DNA from: a virus
Taxonomy: Duplodnaviria; Caudoviricetes
Virus record (IMG/VR): IMGVR_UViG_3300027975_000014
Span: 1-27,225 of that record
Direction: 5' to 3' (one strand)
DNA: 27,225 bases
Every line of letters begins with the position of its first letter. Position 1 is the first letter of the stretch. This document shows, piece by piece, positions 7,261 through 15,113 of this stretch. The translations under genes were made by a program, and so were the position numbers. The notes beneath the pieces were generated by a model that saw nothing but the letters and a program-made list of their open reading frames with translations, did no database searches and had not been told where the DNA came from.

Positions 7261-7491
7261 ATGATGAGCAGTGCCGACACCACTCCCCGCATTTCGGGCT
7301 TGACTTTTGAGCAATGGGCAACCCTAGCTGCCCAGATGCCCGACAGCTATGAGCCAACGTATGCCGACGCCATGCGCCTCCGGATAGACTGGCTTAAAAG
7401 CGAGAACATCCTTGACATCCGCCTCCGGAACGTAGACTACGCTCACCGGCTCTTTTCTAACGTGAGAGCAAATACGTTGACAAGCTTGTGA
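7261..7491 (+). CDS. Hypothetical protein (76 aa)
   Basis: RBS AGGAG, ATG-ATG start, directly downstream of the structured leader. Confidence 0.7.
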   Translation: MMSSADTTPRISGLTFEQWATLAAQMPDSYEPTYADAMRLRIDWLKSENILDIRLRNVDYAHRLFSNVRANTLTSL

Positions 7492-7515
7492 TTATTTGTT
7501 AGTCAGCGCTATGCT
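7486..7515 (+). promoter_or_regulatory. Candidate lysis-module promoter
   Basis: gcTTGTGA-18nt-TATGCT in an AT-rich stretch upstream of RBS AGGAG and ATG 7542. Confidence 0.45.
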
Positions 7516-7541
7516 ATGCGGTAGGGGCCTAGGAGCTTACC

Positions 7542-7700
7542 ATGGCGGATAAAATGACTCATTGCTTTGCCCATCCGGAACAGTGTAAGCCTGAAGTATT
7601 TCACTGCCGCAATTGCATTGTCGTTCGTCAGGCAGCTCGTGTGGCAGCTTTCGTAGGCTTCGCTGTGTTCCTCTATTTGTATTGGGGCCACGCGCACTGA
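7542..7700 (+). CDS. Cys/His-rich single-TM protein (52 aa) heading the lysis cassette; possible lysis regulator
   Basis: MADKMTHCFAHPEQCKPEVFHCRNCIVVRQAARVAAFVGFAVFLYLYWGHAH; RBS AGGAG; TGATG coupling to the endolysin. Confidence 0.65.
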   Translation: MADKMTHCFAHPEQCKPEVFHCRNCIVVRQAARVAAFVGFAVFLYLYWGHAH

Positions 7701-8227
7701 TGGAACCGTTAGCATGGGGCGTCCGGGTTTCGTCGTCTTTTCGTAACCACATCCGACGCATGGCCCAACGCCTCATGATGCCGCCGGAAGGTGCGCAGTG
7801 GTTGATGGCGTGCATTGCTTGGGAGAGCGGGGAAACCTTTTCCCCTTCCATACGCAACGCTGCCGGCAGTGGTGCAACCGGGCTCATCCAGTTCATGCCT
7901 GCAACCGCACGCGGCCTGGGCATCACCGTCGAGCATCTAGCACAGATGACGGCAGAGAGTCAACTCCTTTACGTCGAGAAGTATTTCCTGCCCTACCGGG
8001 GGCGGTTGAACACATTGTCCGACGTCTACATGGCTATACTCTGGCCTGCTGCAATTGGCAAGCCTGAGAACGCTTTGCTGTGGGATGCAGCAACCCGCCC
8101 CACGACATACCGTCAGAACGCAGGGTTGGACGTTAACAAGGACTGGCGCATCACCAAGGAAGAAGCGGCATCCAAGGTAGCACGAAAACTCAGAAAAGGC
8201 TTAGCTCCGGAAAACGCTCTAGCTTAG
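7700..8227 (+). CDS. Endolysin, lytic transglycosylase (SLT/lysozyme-like fold), 175 aa
   Basis: Catalytic 'IAWES' Glu and 'SGATGLIQFMPATA' signature; probable start ATG 7700; located in the lysis cassette. Confidence 0.9.
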   Translation: MEPLAWGVRVSSSFRNHIRRMAQRLMMPPEGAQWLMACIAWESGETFSPSIRNAAGSGATGLIQFMPATARGLGITVEHLAQMTAESQLLYVEKYFLPYRGRLNTLSDVYMAILWPAAIGKPENALLWDAATRPTTYRQNAGLDVNKDWRITKEEAASKVARKLRKGLAPENALA

Positions 8228-8301
8228 CATGCAACCCTGTGCTACCATGACACTACTCTGAGCATGGCCTCGGTGTGCGTTTAAACGTATTACGGGAGTC
8301 C

Positions 8302-8649
8302 ATGATGGATGAGAATAGTGTGATGGCCTGGTGGGCTCGCGCGACTGCCTACACTGCGTTCGCCGCATTAGGCGGAGCGCTTGGGCACCTCATGCGAACG
8401 TTCGACAAGCGACCTTTCAGTTGGGCACGTTGCTTGCTCGAAAGTCTTGCAGCGGGGTTTGTGGGCTTGCTAGTGCTGCTGACCTGCCAGGCCATGGAGC
8501 TGACTGAGCAGTGGACGGGGGTTATCGTGGGTGTGAGCGGTTGGCTAGGCGCCAATGCCACAATCAGGATGCTCGAGTCCATTGTCCGCAAACGTCTGGG
8601 GCTAGACCCTAGCGTGGAGACACCGAATGGTCCTCCTAACCCTCCTTAA
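8302..8649 (+). CDS. Holin (LydA-like, 3 TM)
   Basis: 'FAALGGALGHL', 'AAGFVGLLVLL', 'GVIVGVSGWLGA' TM segments; basic C-terminus; GGGAG RBS before ATGATG; between endolysin and spanin. Confidence 0.85.
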   Translation: MMDENSVMAWWARATAYTAFAALGGALGHLMRTFDKRPFSWARCLLESLAAGFVGLLVLLTCQAMELTEQWTGVIVGVSGWLGANATIRMLESIVRKRLGLDPSVETPNGPPNPP

Positions 8650-9142
8650 AACCTTCTGGAAGCCACTGCTTGCGTTCGCGGTGGTGGCGCTGCTCGTTTG
8701 GCAAGTGTGGTCAGCAGTAAGGGACTACGGGCAGGAGCGCTATGACGCCGGGTACAGCACGCGGAGCGCGGAGTACAAGGCAGCAGAGGACAAGCAGAAG
8801 GACCAACACATTATCAACGTCGAGAAGCGCGAGGTACGCACGAATGAACTTGTTACCGACCTCGGGCAGAAGCTCGACGCCATTGCTGCTCGTCCTGTTG
8901 GCAAGCCTGTCTGGATGTGCCCACAACCCGCCAGCGTGTCCACCAACCCCGGACCCGCGCCCGACGTCAGCACCTCCCGCGCTGATGAAGAAGCACAAAG
9001 CAGACCTCCGGGACAGGTTCGAGATATTGGTCCAGGAACCCGCGACATCCTTGACGACGGCGACAGTGCCATTGAGCAATTGACGTCGCTGCAAGCTTGG
9101 GTGACTCGCGAGTGTTTACGTCCGCCTACCTTGCCAAACTGA
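8627..9142 (+). CDS. Rz: i-spanin (Rz-like)
   Basis: N-terminal TM, coiled coil, Pro-rich linker, C-terminal helix 'QLTSLQAWVTREC'. Confidence 0.85.
   Translation: MVLLTLLKTFWKPLLAFAVVALLVWQVWSAVRDYGQERYDAGYSTRSAEYKAAEDKQKDQHIINVEKREVRTNELVTDLGQKLDAIAARPVGKPVWMCPQPASVSTNPGPAPDVSTSRADEEAQSRPPGQVRDIGPGTRDILDDGDSAIEQLTSLQAWVTRECLRPPTLPN
8844..9083 (+). CDS. Rz1: o-spanin lipoprotein (Rz1-like), embedded in the +1 frame of Rz
   Basis: ATG 8844 with GAGGT RBS; signal 'PLLLVLLASLSG|C' lipobox; Pro-rich mature region. Confidence 0.85.
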   Translation: MNLLPTSGRSSTPLLLVLLASLSGCAHNPPACPPTPDPRPTSAPPALMKKHKADLRDRFEILVQEPATSLTTATVPLSN

Positions 9143-9147
9143 CGAGC

Positions 9148-9177
9148 TTGCCCTGACTTAAAACCGGCACGTACACT
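9148..9177 (+). promoter_or_regulatory. Candidate promoter of the packaging/head operon
   Basis: gagcTTGCCC-18nt-TACACT(GCC) in the Rz-terS gap; same TACACTGCC as the 7146 promoter. Confidence 0.55.
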
Positions 9178-9218
9178 GCCAATCAACCGCTCGGGTTATC
9201 CGAGTATTTGGGGGCAGC

Positions 9219-9758
9219 ATGGCTGGCCACGACTCCGCACGTTATTGGGATCCTCTTGTAATGCAGCAAGAGATGCCCGCGTCTGAAAAAACGTTGCGTG
9301 ATAACTTTGTCACCGAGTACCTCAAGGATCACGACGCTTGGGCGGCGGCTGTGCGCGTGGGCTACCTGCACAACGTTGCGCACGAGTACGCATCGTTCTT
9401 GATGCAGGAACCGTATGTGCAGCGTGAGATATACCGCAGGCAGGCGGAGCTCGCGTCTAACCCAAAGGAGTCGGAGAAGCACGAGCGGCACATGATAAAG
9501 CAATGGCTGATCGAGCAGGCGCGGTACAAGGGTCCGGGCAGTTCGCACTCCGCTCGTGTGTCTGCGCTCGCCAAGCTTTGCAACATCCTTGACATGGACG
9601 GCACGGCGAAGGTCAAGAGCGAGGTCACGCACAAGGGTGGCGTCATGCTTGTGCCAGCCATTGCTTCCGTCGATGAGTGGGAGAAGCAAGCAACCGTGGC
9701 GCAGGACGCATTGATTGCTTCCTCGCTCGAGGACAGGGAAGCGAAGAAGCTTAACTGA
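9219..9758 (+). CDS. terS: Terminase small subunit
   Basis: 'FVTEYLKDHDAWAAAVRVGY' HTH-type N-terminus, 'ARVSALAKL' helix; directly upstream of and coupled to terL. Confidence 0.85.
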   Translation: MAGHDSARYWDPLVMQQEMPASEKTLRDNFVTEYLKDHDAWAAAVRVGYLHNVAHEYASFLMQEPYVQREIYRRQAELASNPKESEKHERHMIKQWLIEQARYKGPGSSHSARVSALAKLCNILDMDGTAKVKSEVTHKGGVMLVPAIASVDEWEKQATVAQDALIASSLEDREAKKLN

Positions 9759-11377
9759 TGCAAGCGAGAATCCTAACGCAGGATGCCAACCGCATAGTCT
9801 GGAAGCCTCTGGAGGGTTCTCAAACACTTTCGCAGTCCTGTCCTGCCAACATTATTGTGATGCACGGGACACGCGGCCCGGGCAAGACGGACTCGCAGTT
9901 GATGCGCTTTCGCAGGCGTGTGGGCATCGGGTACGGTCGGTTCTGGCGCGGCGTTATCTTCGACCGCGAGTACAAGAACCTTGACGACTTGATTTCCAAG
10001 TCGATGCGGTGGTTCCCCGAGTTCGGGGACGGTGCTCGCTTCATCAGCAGTAAGAGCGACTATTTGTGGCGCTGGCCCACGGGCGAAGAACTCATGTTCC
10101 GCGCTGTGAAGAAAGAATCGGATTATTGGAGCTATCACGGGCAGGAGTTCCCGTTCCTCGGTTGGAACGAGCTTACCAAGTACCCGACCGACACGCTGTT
10201 CGACATGATGATGAGTTGCAACCGCTCCTCATACAGGCCCGAGGATTACCCGCTGTTCGTGTCTGGTCAAGCGAACGCGGAAGGCAAGCTTGTATTCGTA
10301 GACGAGGATGACGCAGACGCTGTGCGTTATCTGCTGCCCGAAATCCCGCTTGAAGTGTTTGCTACATGCAACCCGTATGGCGCCGGACACAATTGGGTCA
10401 AGAAGCGTTTCATCAACGCTGCACCTCCGGGGCGTATCTTTAAGCGCGTCATCAACGTGTTCAACCCGCGCACGCAGAAGCGCGAGGATGTGGTTAAGAC
10501 ACAGGTTCACTTGTTTGGCACGTACCGCGAGAACAAGTACCTCTCTCCGGAATACATTGCTGAGCTGGAAAGCATCACCGACCCGAACAAGCGCCGCGCA
10601 TGGTTGGGCGGGGATTGGGACGTCGTCGCAGGCGGCATGTTCGATGACGCTTGGAATTCACAGCAACACATCCTGAGGCCCTTTACCATTCCCTCAACGT
10701 GGCGCCTCACGCGCTCGTTCGATTGGGGCAGCAGCAAGCCGTTCAGCGTTGGTTGGTGGGCGGAGAGCGACGGTTGCGACATACAGCTTCCGGACGGCAC
10801 ATGGCGCAGCACTGTGAAGGGTGATCAGTTTCGCTTCGCGGAGTGGTACGGGTGGAGCGGCAAAAGTAATGTCGGCCTTAGAATGCTAGCCACCGACATT
10901 GCTGCTGGCATTGTAGAGCGTGAGCTTACGATGGGAATTCATGACCGAGTGCGCCCCGGCGCAGCAGACAGCAGCATCTGGGACGTGGAGAACGGCAACA
11001 GCATTGCTGCTGACATGCTCAAGAGCGTCAAGGTTAAGGGCAGCACGTACCGAGGCGTAGAATGGCGCAGAGCAGACAAGTCACCGGGCAGTAGAAAGGC
11101 CGGTTGGGAAAAGCTGCGCAAATACCTGAAGCAAGGTATACGTCAGCATGTGCTTGCACCGGACAAGACACAGATTCCCATACCGCGCGAGAAGCCTGGC
11201 CTATTTGTGTTTGACTGTTGCAAAATGTTTATCGATTTATTTCCGAACCTCCCGCGCGACGAAATCGATCAAGACGACGTCGACACCGAGTCGGAAGACC
11301 ACATTGGCGACGAAGCTCGTTATCACGTTCTCTCGCTCGGGCTCGGTGCTCGCGGCGGTCGAACTAAAGGCACGTAA
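9758..11377 (+). CDS. terL: Terminase large subunit
   Basis: Walker A 'GTRGPGKT', Walker B 'FLGWNE', motif III 'ATCNP', nuclease 'SFDWG' and 'EDHIGDEARY'. Confidence 0.95.
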   Translation: MQARILTQDANRIVWKPLEGSQTLSQSCPANIIVMHGTRGPGKTDSQLMRFRRRVGIGYGRFWRGVIFDREYKNLDDLISKSMRWFPEFGDGARFISSKSDYLWRWPTGEELMFRAVKKESDYWSYHGQEFPFLGWNELTKYPTDTLFDMMMSCNRSSYRPEDYPLFVSGQANAEGKLVFVDEDDADAVRYLLPEIPLEVFATCNPYGAGHNWVKKRFINAAPPGRIFKRVINVFNPRTQKREDVVKTQVHLFGTYRENKYLSPEYIAELESITDPNKRRAWLGGDWDVVAGGMFDDAWNSQQHILRPFTIPSTWRLTRSFDWGSSKPFSVGWWAESDGCDIQLPDGTWRSTVKGDQFRFAEWYGWSGKSNVGLRMLATDIAAGIVERELTMGIHDRVRPGAADSSIWDVENGNSIAADMLKSVKVKGSTYRGVEWRRADKSPGSRKAGWEKLRKYLKQGIRQHVLAPDKTQIPIPREKPGLFVFDCCKMFIDLFPNLPRDEIDQDDVDTESEDHIGDEARYHVLSLGLGARGGRTKGT

Positions 11378-11386
11378 GGAACCACT

Positions 11387-12988
11387 ATGGCAAGCGCAGG
11401 CGGCCTAGAAGCTACTCACCCACACTACGACAGCAACGTCACAGCGTGGCAAGCTATGCGTGACCTGTACGACGGCGAGCGCGCTGTCAAAGCGAAGCGG
11501 GACGTGTACCTGCCGCCAACCCCGAGCATGATCCTTGACGGGTTCGGCACGGGCAGCAAGGCTGTCGGTGAAGTGATTTACGAAGGGTATCTGAAGCGCG
11601 CACTGTTCCCGGAGTTCGTCAACGATGCGGTGCAAGTGCTTGTGGGCATGCTTAACCACAAGCAAGCGAACATCGAAGTCCCGAAGGTCATGGAGCCGCT
11701 GCTGCAAGACTGCACCGTGCAGCATGAGTCCGTGTACGACCTGCTCAGACGCATTCACACCGAGCAGCTGATTACAGGCCGTATAGGCTTGCTGGCGGAC
11801 TTGCCCTCCGCCCCTACGGTTACCCCTACCGCTGCCGACGGCAACGCGGCTCCGAGCGTTGTGCTGCCGTATATCGCAAGCTACGTTGCGGAGGCGGTTC
11901 GGAATTGGGACGAGGCTGAGAGTCAGGAAGGCTACAGCGCGTGCAACCTTGTCGTCCTAAACGAAAGCGGCTTCACGCGCGAAGCGGACTTCACTTGGAA
12001 GACCTTCAAGAAGTACCGTGTACTTCAACTCGGTGCGCTTGGACCCAACGAGGATGACACGGGTGGCGCCCCGTACCGCATGGGCGTCTTTGACGACCGT
12101 GTGGGCGCGCTGTCGTACTCGGAAGAAGCAATGGTGCCCCCGATGTACCGGGGCAAGACACTGACGGAGATTCCGTTTGTGTTCGCCAACACGCGCGACC
12201 TTATGGGGACGCCGGACCTGCCCCCGCTCGAGGGGTTAGGCAAGCATGTGCTGGCGATCTACCGTGGCGAGGCGGACTACCGGCAAGCGCTGTTCATGAC
12301 CGGGCAGGACACGCTCGTTGTCATCGGTGGCACGCGCGAACCTGACGGGACTGCGGGTGTGGATGACGGTGCAGTGCGTACAGGTGCAGGCAGCCGCATT
12401 GACGTCGATATAAACGGTGACGCCAAGTACATAGGCGTCAACTCCGAAGGCTTGGGCGAGATGCGCAGCTCGTTGGAGAATGACCGTAAGTATGCCCAGA
12501 TGAAGTCGGGGCAGCTAATGGAGGGCAAGTCGAAGCAAGAGTCTGGCGAGGCAATGAAGACCCGCCTGACCGCGCAGACAGCGACGCTCAACCAGATCGC
12601 GCTGACCTCCGGCAAAGCGCTCGAAAACATCCTCAAGATTATTGCCCGTTGGATCGGTGCAAACGACGAGGAAGTGAAGGTCACCCCGAACATGGAGTTC
12701 GGCGAGCTGAGCCTGACCGCCACCGACATCAAGGGGCTCATGGAAGCGCGCCTCACCGGCGCACCGCTCAGCAAGAAGTCCATCCATGCGCTCATGGTCG
12801 AGAAGCGTCTCACGTCGATGACGTATGAGGAGGAAATGGAACAGATTGCTGAGGAAGATGCAGACATGCCCCGCACTGCTGCGGGTGCAAGCACGCTGAC
12901 AGCAGAGGAGCAACTTGCGCAGCAGGACGCTGAGCGCGAGCGTGCGGATGCGGATGCGGAAGACGACGACGCGCCAGCCACTCAGTAA
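11387..12988 (+). CDS. Portal protein (DUF4055-type)
   Basis: Follows terL; 'YLKRALF', 'GRIGLLAD', 'IPFVF', 'PPL...LA...YRGEADYRQAL', 'ESGEA'; acidic tail. Confidence 0.88.
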   Translation: MASAGGLEATHPHYDSNVTAWQAMRDLYDGERAVKAKRDVYLPPTPSMILDGFGTGSKAVGEVIYEGYLKRALFPEFVNDAVQVLVGMLNHKQANIEVPKVMEPLLQDCTVQHESVYDLLRRIHTEQLITGRIGLLADLPSAPTVTPTAADGNAAPSVVLPYIASYVAEAVRNWDEAESQEGYSACNLVVLNESGFTREADFTWKTFKKYRVLQLGALGPNEDDTGGAPYRMGVFDDRVGALSYSEEAMVPPMYRGKTLTEIPFVFANTRDLMGTPDLPPLEGLGKHVLAIYRGEADYRQALFMTGQDTLVVIGGTREPDGTAGVDDGAVRTGAGSRIDVDINGDAKYIGVNSEGLGEMRSSLENDRKYAQMKSGQLMEGKSKQESGEAMKTRLTAQTATLNQIALTSGKALENILKIIARWIGANDEEVKVTPNMEFGELSLTATDIKGLMEARLTGAPLSKKSIHALMVEKRLTSMTYEEEMEQIAEEDADMPRTAAGASTLTAEEQLAQQDAERERADADAEDDDAPATQ

Positions 12989-14187
12989 TGGCTAAGACCG
13001 CGAACGAGCTTTTTGAAGACGCACTGATACGTCACCAGACGTATCTGTTGCGCTATGCAGGCTCCGTGCGCAATCGTATCTGGGCAATCCTCGACCGTAC
13101 CAACGAAGACATCTCCGACAAAATACGTTCACGCCTAGCGAACAACGTTGGTTTGACCACAGGCGTTGAAATGCGCAGGCTGGAAGCGTTGGTCGATCAG
13201 ATTAAAGCTATCCGCGCGCCTGCATGGGTCGAAGCCACCTCCGTGCTGAAAGAGGAAATGGTAGGCTTATCGCTTGCGGAGAGTGTAGCGCTGAACGGAA
13301 TCGTCAGCGTGGTGCTTCCGGTTGTAATTGAAACAGCGCTGCCGAGCTCGCGTATGCTGCGCAGCGTCGCGCTTGCCCGACCCTTCCAGGGCCAGATACT
13401 TGCGGATTGGGCAGCAAGCATGGAAGCAAACGACCTCCGCTTGATCCACAACGCTATCCAGTTGGGCATGACCGCTGGCGAGTCAATGGACGTTATCACG
13501 CGCAGAGTCATTGGCACAGCAAGCATGCAGAACGCTGACGGTGTGAACGCAATGACGAAGCGGCAGGTGCAGGCTGTGGTCAGAACAGCAGTGCAGCACG
13601 TTGCCAACCACTCGCGAACCGCTTGGTTCAATGAGAATAGCGACATCGTAACAACCGAGCGGTTCGTTGCAACACTGGACTCGCGCACGACTCCGATATG
13701 CCGCGCTACCGACGGCAAGCAATTTCCGCTCGGCAAAGGACCGATCCCTCCGCTGCATTGGCAGTGCCGGAGCTTGCGCATCGCTGTGTTCGATGGTGTA
13801 CTGTTAGGCGATCGTCCTGCCAAGCCCTACGTTGAGCGCGAGCTTGTCGAGGAGTACGCAGCAGCAAACCGGCTCGGTGCAATCAAGACACGCGCTGCGC
13901 TGCCGCGCGGGACGAAAGGGGATTACGACAAGTGGGCTCGCGGTGCAATCCGTAGCAGGGTCGGCCCTGTACCTGCGGACACAACTTACGGCGAGTGGTT
14001 GAAGGGCCAGAGCAAGACGTTTCAAGACGATACGCTTGGCATCGCGAAGGCAAAGCTGTTCCGCGACGGTGGGCTGACGCTAGACAAGTTTGTCAACCGC
14101 AACGGTGACGAGCTTACGCTGGCACAGCTTGCAGCGCGCGAACGAGCAGCGTTTCTGGCGGCAGGTTTGAACCCGGACAAGTATTAG
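12988..14187 (+). CDS. Head morphogenesis/minor head protein (SPP1 gp7 / MuF family)
   Basis: 'FVATLDSRTTPICRATDG...PPLHWQCRS' signature; follows the portal. Confidence 0.9.
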   Translation: MAKTANELFEDALIRHQTYLLRYAGSVRNRIWAILDRTNEDISDKIRSRLANNVGLTTGVEMRRLEALVDQIKAIRAPAWVEATSVLKEEMVGLSLAESVALNGIVSVVLPVVIETALPSSRMLRSVALARPFQGQILADWAASMEANDLRLIHNAIQLGMTAGESMDVITRRVIGTASMQNADGVNAMTKRQVQAVVRTAVQHVANHSRTAWFNENSDIVTTERFVATLDSRTTPICRATDGKQFPLGKGPIPPLHWQCRSLRIAVFDGVLLGDRPAKPYVERELVEEYAAANRLGAIKTRAALPRGTKGDYDKWARGAIRSRVGPVPADTTYGEWLKGQSKTFQDDTLGIAKAKLFRDGGLTLDKFVNRNGDELTLAQLAARERAAFLAAGLNPDKY

Positions 14188-14191
14188 GCTG

Positions 14192-14231
14192 ACAGCGTGA
14201 GCTGTGGTCAACAACCCGTCGCATGGGCGAC
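14192..14231 (+). promoter_or_regulatory. Two hairpins in the scaffold 5' leader
   Basis: ACAGC-GTGA-GCTGT (GNRA loop) 14192-14205 and GTCGC-ATGG-GCGAC 14218-14231. Confidence 0.5.
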
Positions 14232-14248
14232 ATTTAACGGAGCATAGC

Positions 14249-15073
14249 ATGGCTATCAAGGCAGTGGTCGAGAAACTGGATGAGGTCGACGAAAGGTATC
14301 GTGACCTGTACACCGAGCGCAACGGCAAGTTCGAGCTCACGGGTGTCGAAGGCATGAAGACCGAGGCAGACGTTACCCGTCTGAGCAGCGCGCTCGAGAA
14401 AGAGCGTAACGACCACAAGGGAACGAAGAAGCGCTTCGAGGTTTTCGGCGACCGCAAGCCCGAAGACATTCTGACGCTGCTCGACCGCATCCCGGAACTC
14501 GAAGCTGCTGCTGAGGGCAAGCTGGACGACAACGCGATCAACAAGATCGTGGAAACGCGCATCGGCGCGAAGGTCGGCCCGTTGGACCGTCAACTCAAGC
14601 AGATGGCGCAGCAGAACGCTGAGCTCCTTGCTGAGAACAACGGTTACAAGACCAAGGAGATGACCCGCACGCTGCACGACTCCATTCGGGAAGCGTTCGG
14701 CAAGTCGCAGGGCATCCAGAGTGCAGCGTTGGAAGACGCGCTCATGCTTGGCGAACGCATGCTGTCGCTCAACGACGAAGGCAAGGTCGTTACGCGCGAC
14801 GGTGTGGGTGTCACGCCTGGTGTCGACGCTGTGGTGTGGCTCACCGAGATGCAGCAGAAGCGTCCGCATTGGTGGGGTCCGACACAAGGCGGCGGCTCTG
14901 GCGGGAACAACGGTCGCCCGGGCGGTGACGGTGGACGGAACCCGTGGTCGGCTGACGCTTGGAACCTTACGGAGCAGGGTCGCATCTGGAAGGAGAACAA
15001 GACCCGCGCCGAACAACTCGCTCGTTCTGCCGGTACAACGATTGGCGGCGCAAAGCCGCTTGCAAAAAAGTAA
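14249..15073 (+). CDS. Capsid scaffolding protein
   Basis: ATG 14249 with GGAG; charged coiled coil, Gly-rich linker and 'NPW...NLTEQ' C-terminus; between MuF and capsid. Confidence 0.85.
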   Translation: MAIKAVVEKLDEVDERYRDLYTERNGKFELTGVEGMKTEADVTRLSSALEKERNDHKGTKKRFEVFGDRKPEDILTLLDRIPELEAAAEGKLDDNAINKIVETRIGAKVGPLDRQLKQMAQQNAELLAENNGYKTKEMTRTLHDSIREAFGKSQGIQSAALEDALMLGERMLSLNDEGKVVTRDGVGVTPGVDAVVWLTEMQQKRPHWWGPTQGGGSGGNNGRPGGDGGRNPWSADAWNLTEQGRIWKENKTRAEQLARSAGTTIGGAKPLAKK

Positions 15074-15084
15074 CCGCTCAGGGC

Positions 15085-15113
15085 TTGCGTAGTCAAAAGG
15101 CCCATGCTACATT
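15085..15113 (+). promoter_or_regulatory. sigma70-type promoter of the major capsid gene
   Basis: gggcTTGCGT-17nt-TACATT with extended -10 TG; overlapped by the inverted repeat 15099-15111/15124-15136. Confidence 0.7.

Noticed and set aside
7477-7505. Perfect TTGACA -35 box
   Set aside because: No acceptable -10 at 16-18 nt; the TTGTGA/TATGCT pair fits better.
7613-7699. TTG-started N-terminal extension of the endolysin (possible SAR/signal)
   Set aside because: The region is occupied by the 52-aa ORF in another frame; ATG 7700 has TGATG coupling.
9758-11377. Intein or intron in terL
   Set aside because: Normal length, continuous frame, no intein C/S...HN or LAGLIDADG motifs.
12988-14187. 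MuF polymorphic toxin
   Set aside because: The C-terminal region is short with no recognisable toxin motif, and no immunity gene follows.
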